A stretch of DNA of 60,992 bases, counting the filler, from Dirinaria sp. TL-2023a (Eukaryota): the NCBI GenBank assembly GCA_051941275.1. It is 14 parts of 14 records of this genome, joined end to end, with 100 filler letters (N's around TTAATTAATTAA, not from the genome) between each part and the next. Parts side by side here need not be neighbours in the genome. Positions count along the whole stretch, not along the records: positions 48,062 to 52,308 come from JAVEBF010001880.1; positions 52,409 to 56,654 come from JAVEBF010001881.1; positions 56,755 to 60,992 come from JAVEBF010001882.1; 11 more parts are not named here. One strand, written 5' to 3'. Both the position numbers and the translations under genes were made by a program. Numbering within the stretch: position 1 is the first letter of the stretch; every line of letters begins with the position of its first letter. This document shows positions 48,521 through 58,971 of this stretch, in pieces. The notes under the pieces are model-generated. The model was not told the origin of the DNA. It worked only from the letters and a program-made list of their open reading frames with translations, and did not search any database.

Positions 48521-51301
48521 TCATCGCTTCCGCCGCTTCCCCACGACCCTAGCCGGGCTCGTATTCTCCGTCTCCCCCCTCACATCGCCCGCCAACTCAT
48601 CGACGTCGTCGTTCTCCTTCTCTTTCGCCTTCACAGACCCGCTCCTCCCCGCGATCCCCATGGTCAAATCGTCGCCCGCGCGTTCCGCCTGCCGCCAATG
48701 CGCGAGCGCGGCATCCACCGCCTCGAACATCTCCCTCGCGTCCGCGACGACGCCGCCTTCTTCGTCTTCATCGTCTTGTTCTTCTGCGGCTTCGTTTTCC
48801 TCTCCTTCTGCGTCTACTACGTCCTGTTGTCCCTCCGTGCGCTGCTCGGGCGGGACGTGCCGCTCATTACCCTTGCTCTTCTGGCTCAAGACGGGCCCAA
48901 GACCCCTCTTCGGATCAGGGTTGAACATGACCGCGTTGGCGAAGACGCGCATCAGCTCCTTCTCCAATTGAGCGCTGTTCACGATGCCCCTGGGCGGCAT
49001 CACGTCCGCGCTGATCGGCACATGCACACTCGCACCCCCTCCATCCGCTGCACCGGCAGAAGTTGCTGTCGCGGATCCAAGCGCTCGGCTCCCCGCCACT
49101 ATGGCGCTTTTGATGCTCTTCAGGTCCTGTGGGCGGTAGATCAGCTCTTTATACCCAGGGGCTTCGCGCTCGGTCAAGGGGCGAGCGAACAAGCCCGCTA
49201 GTTTGTGGGATGAGATGTCGTTCATCAGCGTCTGGCTCGTGCGGGGGAGGTTACGCGATCCGAGCACGTACCCGCTGCGGGTTTGCATCAGGCCTGCTCC
49301 TGCTCCTCCGCCAAGCGGCAAAGCCGGTGCAGGAGTCGCAGGCGTTAGAGAAGCTGATGACGAAGGAGGAGATGCATGAGTTAGACCTGCAATGGGCGTA
49401 ACGCTGACTTCTTCATTCGTGTTCGCGCGTTTCCGCTTCGTCGACGGGGCAGTGCGCGTGGATTCTTCGGCGGCTTCGAGGCCTCGCAGCGTGTTACGGC
49501 GCGGCCTGGTCGATTTGCGAACACCACCCGTCTCGTCTGCGGTGTCGGTCTCCGCAGCGGTAGAGACAGCAGGCGTAGCGGGCTCATGCTTAACCGCGCG
49601 AGGTTCGGCAACCGGCGAGGCAAAGGACTGGCTTCGAGTGCTCGCTCGTTCTGCGGGTTGTGAGCGAGGGGCTTTGGCCCCTTTCGACGGTTTAGCGCGA
49701 GTTCTGGTACGGCTCGAGCTCGCGTCTTTCTCCTGGAGCCCTGACTCATCAGCTGGCAGGGACGGAGCTCGATCGCTGATTGGGCTTATCTCGTCTGGAC
49801 CAGGCCGGGTTGGCGATGGCTGGGGCTTGAAAGCACTGTAGTCGATGCCCTTGTATCTTGTTGACGAGGCAGATGTGATTATAGGTGAGGGCTTGGGCGG
49901 CCGTGGCTTTCCCGATGCCGTGGCTGTTGGGGTTTGTTGCGCAGACGCCGGATATGAGGGAGGATTGAAAGGGCCTTGACGAGGCGTTTGTGGGTAGTAA
50001 GATGTTTGGCCGTAATTGGAGTACTGTGGGAAGTGAAGAGGTGTCTGATACGCACTGGCGTTAGCATACGGTGGGACATGTCCCGGGTTTTGCACGGGGG
50101 TTTGATAAGGAGGGTATCCTGGATGATTCTGATACTTCGGAGTTGAGGTCTGAGGGTAGGGCTGGTAGGGATACTGCGAACGCCCATCGAAGTATGGATA
50201 GGGCTGCGGCATGTAACTGTGCTGAGCAAATTGGGCTGGCGGAGGCTGTGGAGGTGGTGGATGTTGGCTTGCTGGCTGAGTTGGCCGCTGTGAGGGTGGT
50301 GTCGGCCTCGGACGATGGGCTGCCATATCTGTTAGAGGTTCGAGTGGACCAGGCGGCGATCCGGAATGCTGCATCCCTGCTGGAGGAGGCAGAATGATCG
50401 GAGATCCTGATGCACGCTCGGGGCCTGTGTACGGGCCCTGGTTCGGCCGTGGACTCTGCGATAGAGCCAGATTTTGTCGTGAAGGATCCGATGGGATGCT
50501 TGGTCTGCCCAGTTGTGGTGAAGTTGTGGGATAATTTTGTGTTTTTGTTTGAGTCGACGGCGGGGTCGGTATCGATAGGGTGTCCTGTATGTCGGGCTGA
50601 GATGGTGCTGTTGTCACAGTAGGCTGAGTCTCGGCTACTGAGGATGGTATTGTAGGCATAGCCGGCGGCGAGACGTCTTTCTGAGGTGCTGCTTGGGCTT
50701 GCTCTTCGTTTGGCGTGGATACTGTCTTCGCTGTACCATTCGGGGGCAGCGGCGTTTGCGATAGACTGTCCCTCGACGATGGTCGGTCTTCGACTGTATC
50801 GTGCCGTAACAGAGTATTGATAGAAGACTTCCTGGTGGGAACCTCGCGTTCTGTCCGACGAATCTCATCAATTTCCTTCCTGAGCTGCCTGATATTCCGC
50901 TCTTCATCTTCGATCGCCTTGATTGCATGGTCACGGTATTGAAAATAGAGCCGGTCAAGGATTCGAGGCAGCAGATTCTTGTGCTGGATGACATCGGTCA
51001 CATTGGCCATGTGCGGACTTGGCGGCGTTTCGTGCTGAGTAGCGGTGTCACCCGCTTTTGTACTCGAGGCATTGCCGTGTAATTCAAGCTTGGCCTCCTC
51101 TTTAACCAAGCGCAAGTAGAGCTCTTGCAATGCTTCAGGCTTCAGTCGGCTTTCGTCAGAAGATGCCTTGCTCGGAAAGACAGTACTGCTTTTCAATGTC
51201 TCAGATACGGTCGGGAAGGATGGTATTTCGTTATCGAACGGGTGTAGGGTATGGAAGAGTAGGAACTTCTCGAGAGGTGTATGGGAGTCGACAGCCGCCA
51301 T
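48521..51301 (-). CDS. Bromodomain protein, BRD8-like (NuA4/SWR1-associated type), 926 aa
   Basis: Intronless ORF; N-terminal TPLEKFLLF...LQELYLRL helical block, P/Q/Y-rich middle, and a split C-terminal bromodomain (HKLAGLFARPLTEREAPGYKELIYRPQDLKSIK...LEKELMRVFANAVMFNP). Confidence 0.85.
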   Translation of the reverse strand: MAAVDSHTPLEKFLLFHTLHPFDNEIPSFPTVSETLKSSTVFPSKASSDESRLKPEALQELYLRLVKEEAKLELHGNASSTKAGDTATQHETPPSPHMANVTDVIQHKNLLPRILDRLYFQYRDHAIKAIEDEERNIRQLRKEIDEIRRTEREVPTRKSSINTLLRHDTVEDRPSSRDSLSQTPLPPNGTAKTVSTPNEEQAQAAPQKDVSPPAMPTIPSSVAETQPTVTTAPSQPDIQDTLSIPTPPSTQTKTQNYPTTSPQLGRPSIPSDPSRQNLALSQSPRPNQGPYTGPERASGSPIILPPPAGMQHSGSPPGPLEPLTDMAAHRPRPTPPSQRPTQPASQHPPPPQPPPAQFAQHSYMPQPYPYFDGRSQYPYQPYPQTSTPKYQNHPGYPPYQTPVQNPGHVPPYANASAYQTPLHFPQYSNYGQTSYYPQTPRQGPFNPPSYPASAQQTPTATASGKPRPPKPSPIITSASSTRYKGIDYSAFKPQPSPTRPGPDEISPISDRAPSLPADESGLQEKDASSSRTRTRAKPSKGAKAPRSQPAERASTRSQSFASPVAEPRAVKHEPATPAVSTAAETDTADETGGVRKSTRPRRNTLRGLEAAEESTRTAPSTKRKRANTNEEVSVTPIAGLTHASPPSSSASLTPATPAPALPLGGGAGAGLMQTRSGYVLGSRNLPRTSQTLMNDISSHKLAGLFARPLTEREAPGYKELIYRPQDLKSIKSAIVAGSRALGSATATSAGAADGGGASVHVPISADVMPPRGIVNSAQLEKELMRVFANAVMFNPDPKRGLGPVLSQKSKGNERHVPPEQRTEGQQDVVDAEGEENEAAEEQDDEDEEGGVVADAREMFEAVDAALAHWRQAERAGDDLTMGIAGRSGSVKAKEKENDDVDELAGDVRGETENTSPARVVGKRRKR

Positions 51302-51888
51302 TGCTCATGTTCGTCCCCCCTGGCACTATTGGTAGAGGAGAAGGACGGTGAGAACTAGAGGGAAACGTTGGTTATTTGTCGCGACTCCGGATCAGCGCAA
51401 GGATCATTTGGCCTCCAACGCATTCTCCAAGTTGCCAATTGCCAATATAGCACGCGGCCCTATCCCAGCTCTCGTGACGGTTCTGTTTGATTCTGTGCAG
51501 TGAATGATCAAGTCTGAGGGAATGTCGGTGTCGGTGTTTCTGTTTTTCCAGAGCTCACGTTCAGCCCTACGAGTAGCTGCTTGGAGCTAGGCTGCCAAGC
51601 AGAATACGCGCTAACCCGAACCCGAGTCCGTTGCTGTGGGGCTGAGTGGGGGTTTCAAAGCTTGCAGTCCAGCTATAATAGAATCAGATACTTCTTTATC
51701 CTCCAACACATCCTCAACTGGACTTCATGTCGCTGACTTCGCATCAAATGTCGATGCGTGCCTTTATCAAGCTACCGCCTTGAAGCCCAATCTTCCTACA
51801 AGCTATCTCATCTCTCTCAATCGCGAGCCCAACCGCCAAAACCCTGCCCCACCAGTCACCAACCAAAACCCAATTGCAATCCAGCACA

Positions 51889-52308
51889 ATGACTAGCACA
51901 AACGACAACAACGACCGGCGGACGAGCCGCAGCTCTCAATCGTATGTAAATCCCAAACCATCACCTCTCTATCTCCACTACTAACGCCGAACACAGAACT
52001 GTTGCCCGGAACTTCTCCGCCTCCCTGAACGACGCTTTCTCTATGGACAGCAATCTTGAAGGCCTCGTACAATCCGTCGAACAAAAGTACTCTCCCACTT
52101 TTTCCATATCCGGCCATATCCACCCGCACCAATCTTTCCCTTTAAACTGAGGACTAACAATTCCCGAACAGGAAAGCCTCCCTGAGCACGCAATCCGCCG
52201 AGCTCGAAGCGCTGGAGACACGCTTGAGGGAAACCGAGGAAAAATTACGGCAGAAGGCATCAAGGACTTCTTCGCCTTCGGCAAGGGTGGGTGCCTCTGG
52301 GCGGGCAG
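51889..52308 (+). CDS. Small coiled-coil hypothetical protein (3 exons, 3' truncated; absent from ORF track)
   Basis: Exons 51889-51941, 51997-52086 and 52172-end, with GT...CTAAC...AG introns, splice in frame to MTSTNDNNDRRTSRSSQSTVARNFSASLNDAFSMDSNLEGLVQSVEQKKASLSTQSAELEALETRLRETEEKLRQ. Confidence 0.8.
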
Positions 52309-55081
52309 NNNNNNNNNNNNNNNNNNNNNNNNNNNNNNNNNNNNNNNNNNNNTTAATTAATTAANNNNNNNNNNNNNNNNNNNNNNNNNNNNNNNNNNNN
52401 NNNNNNNNGCTTATTATTGTTGTGGAAGGAGAAGAAGAGCGTGGGATAAGATGCCACGAACTTGGGTACCTTATTCGGGGAAGGGTATCGATTGGCTTAT
52501 GGATTGTAGCTGGAAATGAAAATTCGAACGTGGTGAAAAGCAAGGTACGGAGAAAGATACTGCACTTTTGGAGCCTTGCTAGAAAAAGAAAGGTATTCAG
52601 ATCAATCTCTTTTTATAATTGTATGATGTATTTCGAAGGAAGCGTCAGCCATGGCGCTGGTTGCTGCTCTAGGTATCGGAATTGAACTCGCCAGCCTTAG
52701 TGTGCAGTGCGCCTCTGGACTTTCTTTTTACGATTTTTTTGGGTGATGGTGCTCGCTCGGTTTGAAACATTTTGATAGCTATCCTTATACGTTTTTTTTT
52801 TTCTTTTTTTTTTTTTTGGGTCTTTTAGGGTGGACGAAACTGTTAAAAGTATATATGAATAATGCAGTTCCGCAGGATGGTGGCCTTAGATATGCTGCAT
52901 GAGCTTCCATAGTAGACGGATTTTTAAGAGATGACACCCACAGAGTCTCCCGATTGCAGGGCTGGGTTGTGTTCGGCGCTAGGAGGATTTCAAACAATTG
53001 AGAATGGCGAACAGTGTGGAGACTACCGATAAATTCGCCACAAGAACTGTGATGGAACCTCGTTGGACGCATATCATTCTGAACCCAGGATTCATACCTT
53101 GCATGATACTGATACTAGAGTTAGATTGAATTACCATTGAGGAAGATCGCCACTTGTTGCCTTTTTGGCAGAGTATATCATGTAAGGCTCGCAAACATCC
53201 TGGATTCATTCTTAACCGCAGGCTTCGCGCGCTCCTAGAACGACCGATAAATTGAAAAGCAGGCGCTTGTGCATACGGTACCTGAGAGCATTGACGAGTT
53301 CGACTTTAGAAACGATTACCAGTAAAGCAAGCTTTGACTTCCGCCGGTGAGCGTTCAATCAGGCCGAGACGATGGGCTTTGATCACTATTCCTACCAAGG
53401 ACCATACATCAATGAAATAGCGGAAGGTCAGGAAAAGAGAATGCGGAGTCATATCTAGCAGCTTGACATCAATTAAGAATGCCGTCTGAATATTGGAAAT
53501 CGCAACAACATAACACAAACGTCAAATACAACAGCGTCGAAAATACGAGCCTGATAGCAAGCCAACATGCTCTCTCGATGAAGATAATCTAAGCTGCATA
53601 ACGTTGGGCGTCATCACAATGCATCGCCAGGGATCCGAGTACTGTGCGAAGATGCACCACGTCGCGTCCAAGAGGAGTGCGCAGCAGCGGGAGTACGGAG
53701 GAACCTCCGTTCTTGGGTATTTCACTGTCGCTGAGGCATAGGAATAAATCTAGTCGTTAAAGGCAAAAGGTTCCGGATTATGCTAATTTACAGCAGAGAT
53801 GGTCGAAGTGAAAAATTGCTTCTTCAATTCCAGTTTGGAGCATGTTTTTCTGACGAGCCTGACGGTTGGAAATCCTAAACAGCCCTGTCTGACATTAGAC
53901 GGCATCGATAACGCCTGTGGGGAGAGCACGCCCGCCTGCAAGCCACTAAGGTAAGAGCAATCTTGTCAACTCAGCGTTGGCGTGCGTCGCGCCACCTATT
54001 TAATGCGGCTAACAACCGGAGTCTGGATCACTCCCGTTTTCTAGTCTGTTCTCTAGACTCTAGTACCTTCGTACTCGTATGTCAGGTACCTGCAGTGAGG
54101 TACCTCACCTTATGTACTTTCATGATGTACCTCTAAGATAGGAAGAGCCTGCAATTTTAACCCTAAGCTAATATGGTATGCGCCGTTTGATCATCCAATC
54201 CATTCTATATTATATTTGCACACAGATCAGGACTTCGTATGTATCACGCCATCTCTACTGATGTATACCTATTTTCGATCACCTTTTCAGCAGATTGAGA
54301 CGACGGTTGTGGTAAGAAACGATTGTACCCCTAAGGTATCTTAGGGTTACAACCAAGATATCGCATTGCGGGTTAGGGTTGCAAGCCCAACCACCCAAAA
54401 AACCAGCCTGAATTCTTTAGGCAACGCACTGAAAGAACCAATGAAATATATTCCGAACCCCGCAAATAAGTAAAGTAAGGTACTCAAATGCATGTCACAG
54501 TTGAGAAAATCTGATCTGAAATCGATCGGAAACCCTTCTGGTTCTCCTTCCTAGCTCGTACATTAGTGAGCAAATCTATGATCTCGAGAAGAGCTGGTGC
54601 ACACGCCGCCAAAAACGAATGAGCTATGCTATAAGAACGATAATAGGACGCCAAGTTCTGCGGCTGTAGAGCACGACATGGCACGCGCGCCAATAATGCC
54701 ATATCACTAGAACATTTCCGGGACTTCCTGCTGGGAGCGAACCCTGTCTGTACAGGCAGTTAACGCGATACAGCAAACGACTCTTGCCAGTAACTCACCG
54801 CAAGCTGCGTCACTGGGTCATGGCGAGCGTTCGCTACAGTAGAAGTATGCAATATTCTGTTCTCGGCCTGCCCTGTTTGCTTCGCAGTTGGAACTAGCAA
54901 CCCGATCTGACAATTCCGTGCGTTTTGCCCCTGGGAGATGATTGCTGTTCCTGCTTTTGACATATCACCCTTTCCAGCTGCTGCGATATGAATATTGTCT
55001 TATTTTCTGATTTCCTCCTGTATTTTTTTTCTTTTGAATACTGTTGATCTCTCTTTTTCGATCTGTGCCACAACAAATGCA

Positions 55082-56602
55082 ATGGGTACGCAAGGGCAAA
55101 TACAACCTGCAGCGCTCCCTCCGACGGGGATGTCGTCCAACTTTGTTGACCCTCTAAATATGGGACCCAATCTCGTCGCGTGTAATATCGTGCTGCTCAT
55201 CATCGCAGTCCTCGTCGTGGCAGCACGTATTGTTTCCCGAACGGTATTGACCGATTGGCGCTTGGGCTGGGATGACTGTACGCTTCAAGCCCGTCATCGC
55301 TTTTGGTAGCTGCTCATTGGCTGATCAAATCTCTAGATACCATGTTGCTAGCCTTCGTATATGGCCCTCCTTGTTACCACTGAGTCTTTGCTGATCGCCT
55401 GCTATCAGATTGGCACCATAATATTCTCATCGTTTGTGATGACCAGTAAGTCCAGCTAGAGAAGACTATACAACTGTTCCGGAGCATTGTTGACTTGTGC
55501 GCTAGCTACCCATTATGGCTTGGGCAAGCACATGTGGGACGTCCCCATGTCAACATACTCACCACATTATCTTTGGGTAATGCATTCTATTCCACATGTG
55601 AGAATGGGTTATGAGTATGATGCTAACATTGCTGTAAAGTGGATCATGGCAACTTTCGCCGCTTGCCCAGCATCGTATTTCTTCGTGAAGATATCCATAT
55701 TATTCTTCTACCTTCGCGTCTTCCAGCTCCAGGCGAGGCTTCGATACATAATCTATGCGCTCTTCTTCTACTGCTTCGTCTACTATTGGGTTGCTTTCTT
55801 CACCATCGTCGGTCTTTGCAACGCTGAGAACAGATCCTGGGATATCACGGCCACCATGAACTGTTTCGCTTATGGCAAGCTCATTTTTGCAATCGGAATC
55901 ATGGATCTGGTCGCCGACCTGCTCGTCCTTGCGTTTCCAGTTCCCATGGTCCTCAAGCTGCAAATATCGCGGTCGCAAAAGGTCTATCTGCTGTTCGTCT
56001 TTCTCGCTGGTATTAGGTAAGTCCACTACTAAGCCCATTACTACACATATAGTACTACTTGATATGCTGACCTGAAACGCAGCGCCTCGATAGCCTGTGC
56101 AGTTCGCATCGCCTTAGGTATGAAGGCACGGGGGACGGAAGACGCTACCATGGCTCAATATAGCATCGTGACTACCTTGTGAGTGAAATTCGTTCTTGAC
56201 ATCCTTACTCGAGGAGGTCAAAACTGACAATCAACGCTTTTGCGAAGCTGCATCGAGCATTACCTCGCCCTCATTGCGGGCTGTATGCCCACTCTCGGCC
56301 CTTTCTTCCGCTACCTTCGTCCAAGCCAGTGGAGACTCAGTGCCAACGGCCACAAAAACCTGGCCGACAACCCGTCCGACGGGGTCGATAGCCCCTATCG
56401 TACTTGGGTGCACGCGAACCGGAAAACATTCCGCGACAACAGCCTAATGCAAGGATCTATCAATGTCTCGCAAACATTCGAAGTACACTCCACATGCCCG
56501 GACGACGTTCCCAAGAACTCGAAAGCCGGTGTGCAAGTGGTGGAGAATAGCCGGGTTGTGGATGGGGAGGATCTCGAGATGCAAGTTCCCAGAGCAAGGT
56601 AA
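55082..56602 (+). CDS. PTH11-like (fungal rhodopsin-domain) 7-TM receptor without CFEM domain, 7 exons
   Basis: LPPTGMSSNFVDP, RLGWDDY, YGLGKHMWDV, KISILFFYLRVF, DLLVLAFPVPMVLKLQ and IEHYLALIAGCMPTL are PTH11-family motifs; six GT-AG introns, with 20-nt (55337-55356) and 37-nt (55409-55445) exons. Confidence 0.9.
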
Positions 56603-56754
56603 AGCGCGTCACCTTCTCGGTCCTTAAATTAAAAAAAAAAAAAAAAAAAAAAAANNNNNNNNNNNNNNNNNNNNNNNNNNNNNNNNNNNNNNNNNNNNTT
56701 AATTAATTAANNNNNNNNNNNNNNNNNNNNNNNNNNNNNNNNNNNNNNNNNNNN

Positions 56755-58680
56755 CCCCCAGCCCCGCCTTCTTCCTCCCCGAAGAAAATCACCTCGACGG
56801 TCAGATCGTCGCGGTACCGTCTCGAGTACGGGCTCGGCAGCGTCAGCAGCGCGCAGAGCATATCCCTGTCCCGGCCGCCGAGGGCGTTGCGCACGAGGTG
56901 CGTGGCGGCGTTTTTGTCTTCGAGCACGAAGCGCTCGGCGCTGTTGGGGCTGCTAGTGGAGGAGGATGAGGAGGAGGGGCGTCGGATGGGGCCGCGTTGG
57001 CCTTGTTCTCCTGCGTCGTTTGTGGATGAGGATGAAGAGCAGGATGGTTCGACTGGGAGAGAAGGAGAGGGGCTGGTGAACCAGCTTTTTGGCCAAGAGG
57101 AGGAGGATGATGATGGTGATGGGAATTTGGTTTTGGTTTTGCTGTTGAGGGTCGGTTGGGATTCGAGCCATTGGCCCACGAGCCCGACGACTTCTTCGTT
57201 CGTCAGGAACTCCCACAGTCCGTCTGTGGCCATGACGACGAAGTCGCCCCTCTCGGGCTCCATTTTCGTCGTCGTCACCACCGGTTCGGCGGTCACGTAC
57301 GGAGGGGTGCGGAGCAGGGCCGAGGGGGTCCGGCCTAGGAAATGGGTCTTGATGCGTTCTTGCGTCTCTTTGCTCCATTTGTAGGATGCGTCGCCGAATG
57401 CACGGCTTGGTTCCAGGCTGCCTAGGATTCGCCCGTTTCGCACCACGTAGGGCTCGTTCGGGTGCTCGGATTGCAGCCGGGCTTCTTCGGACGGTGTGCC
57501 GCCTGTTTGGTCTTCGGAGAGCGCGGTCGCGGTCCATTTCCCGTTCGCGCTTCGCCGGCCTAGCACCGCTCGGGAGTCGCCCGTGCATGCTACGCGGAAG
57601 AGTTTGGATCGACTATCGTAGAAGGAGAGGAGGGCGCAGGATCCGGAGAGCGCAGGGGCGAGCAACTCCGCGGCTGCGCGTTTGCTGTCGCTTTTGATCA
57701 CTTTTTCTACGCTTTGATGGACGATTTCGTGGTCTAGGCGGATGAATCCCTTCTTGATGGCTGTATCGATGGCTTCGGGTGGGGGGATCGGGATGGTAGG
57801 ATTGGCAAGGGCGGTTTTGTATGTTTGGTTTAGCTCTCGAGCCACGAAGGAGATGAGGACCTGGCGGAGCTTTGCTGATGTGGGCCATCCACTATATGGG
57901 CTGTCAATTTAGCAGTCACGCAATAACATTTTTAACCCACCTGTGGCCGTCAAAGACCCCCCAGAACATCCAGTCACTGCTCGTTGAGCCATCTTGACTT
58001 GGCGTCACCGATTGCGGTACCTCCACTATCTTCTCGGCATGATCATCCTCTATTGGATTGTTGCTTGGTATTTGAACAACATCGTATCGGACTACACCTC
58101 TTCCTCGCCCGACAAGATATGACTCCTCGTTACGCCTTAACCGCTCTGTAGCTTGATCGGGCGTCAGCATCTCCAATTGTTGTTGCCGTTGTGCATCCGT
58201 CTCTTTCGACAGAGGGGCGGCATCGGAGATGTCATGGGTGTAGAACTGATCGTCCTCTACCACCAACGCCTTCCTCTGAGGGACCGGCTCTTCGCCTCCA
58301 GCAGGTACTGATGACGTCGCGGCCGTAAACACAGGATCGGCGATACCATATGCTCCAGCTTTCTGGTGCAAGCCAGGGCTGTACACTTCACTCGAAGCGG
58401 TCGCGCTGTTGACCAAGGCCGCCTTTTCAGGCTTCGAGTCGCCTATGTAGTAATAGGCTCCAGAAGCGATAAGAGAGAGTAGGGCACCGACGGAGAAGCC
58501 ACGGAGGTACATCGAAGATTGTAAAATTTGGGACAAACCATGGTTTCTAATTGTTGAAGAGACTGGTCGCTGTCCGATCCCATGGTTCGCGGCGGAGACG
58601 TGGATGGCTCGGGGAGCGAGGATCCTGCGGACTGGGGCGCGTCGAGCAGTGCGAAAGGCTTGCACAGCTGCTCGACGCAT
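56755..58680 (-). CDS. PTC5: Mitochondrial PP2C / pyruvate dehydrogenase phosphatase (3' truncated)
   Basis: Arg-rich presequence MRRAAVQAFRTARR; SNNPIEDD, FWGVFDGHS|GW (intron 57892-57940), CTGDSRAVLG, LEPSRAFGD, ATDGLWE, RRYRDDLTV. Confidence 0.93.
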
Positions 58681-58971
58681 TGGAGAAGGCCAGATGGCCA
58701 GGAATGATGGCGTGAAGTGAGGAAAGATTGGATTGAATCAAGCACTGATTACTCCCTTGTGAGGGGATGAGATCGCGTGAGGCCGTTGGACGATGGCTGC
58801 GCTAGCTCCGATTGCGGTTAAACCTCGGTTAGATGGCGGTCGACGTCATTTCTGGACATGTTGCTCATACTTTACCTTACCTCAAGGTAGTTGGCTGATT
58901 CTTTTCCTACACTCTTGTGCTTCCAATCAGCAACTGCTTCAGTTTCAAACTTACCGGATACATTCGGCGTC

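Noticed and set aside
48414..50994. Many 100-185 aa antisense or alternate-frame ORFs over the bromodomain gene (similar ones over NOP58, PDX1, PTC5 and RQC1)
   Set aside because: Shadow ORFs expected from GC-rich coding sequence; no independent coding signal.
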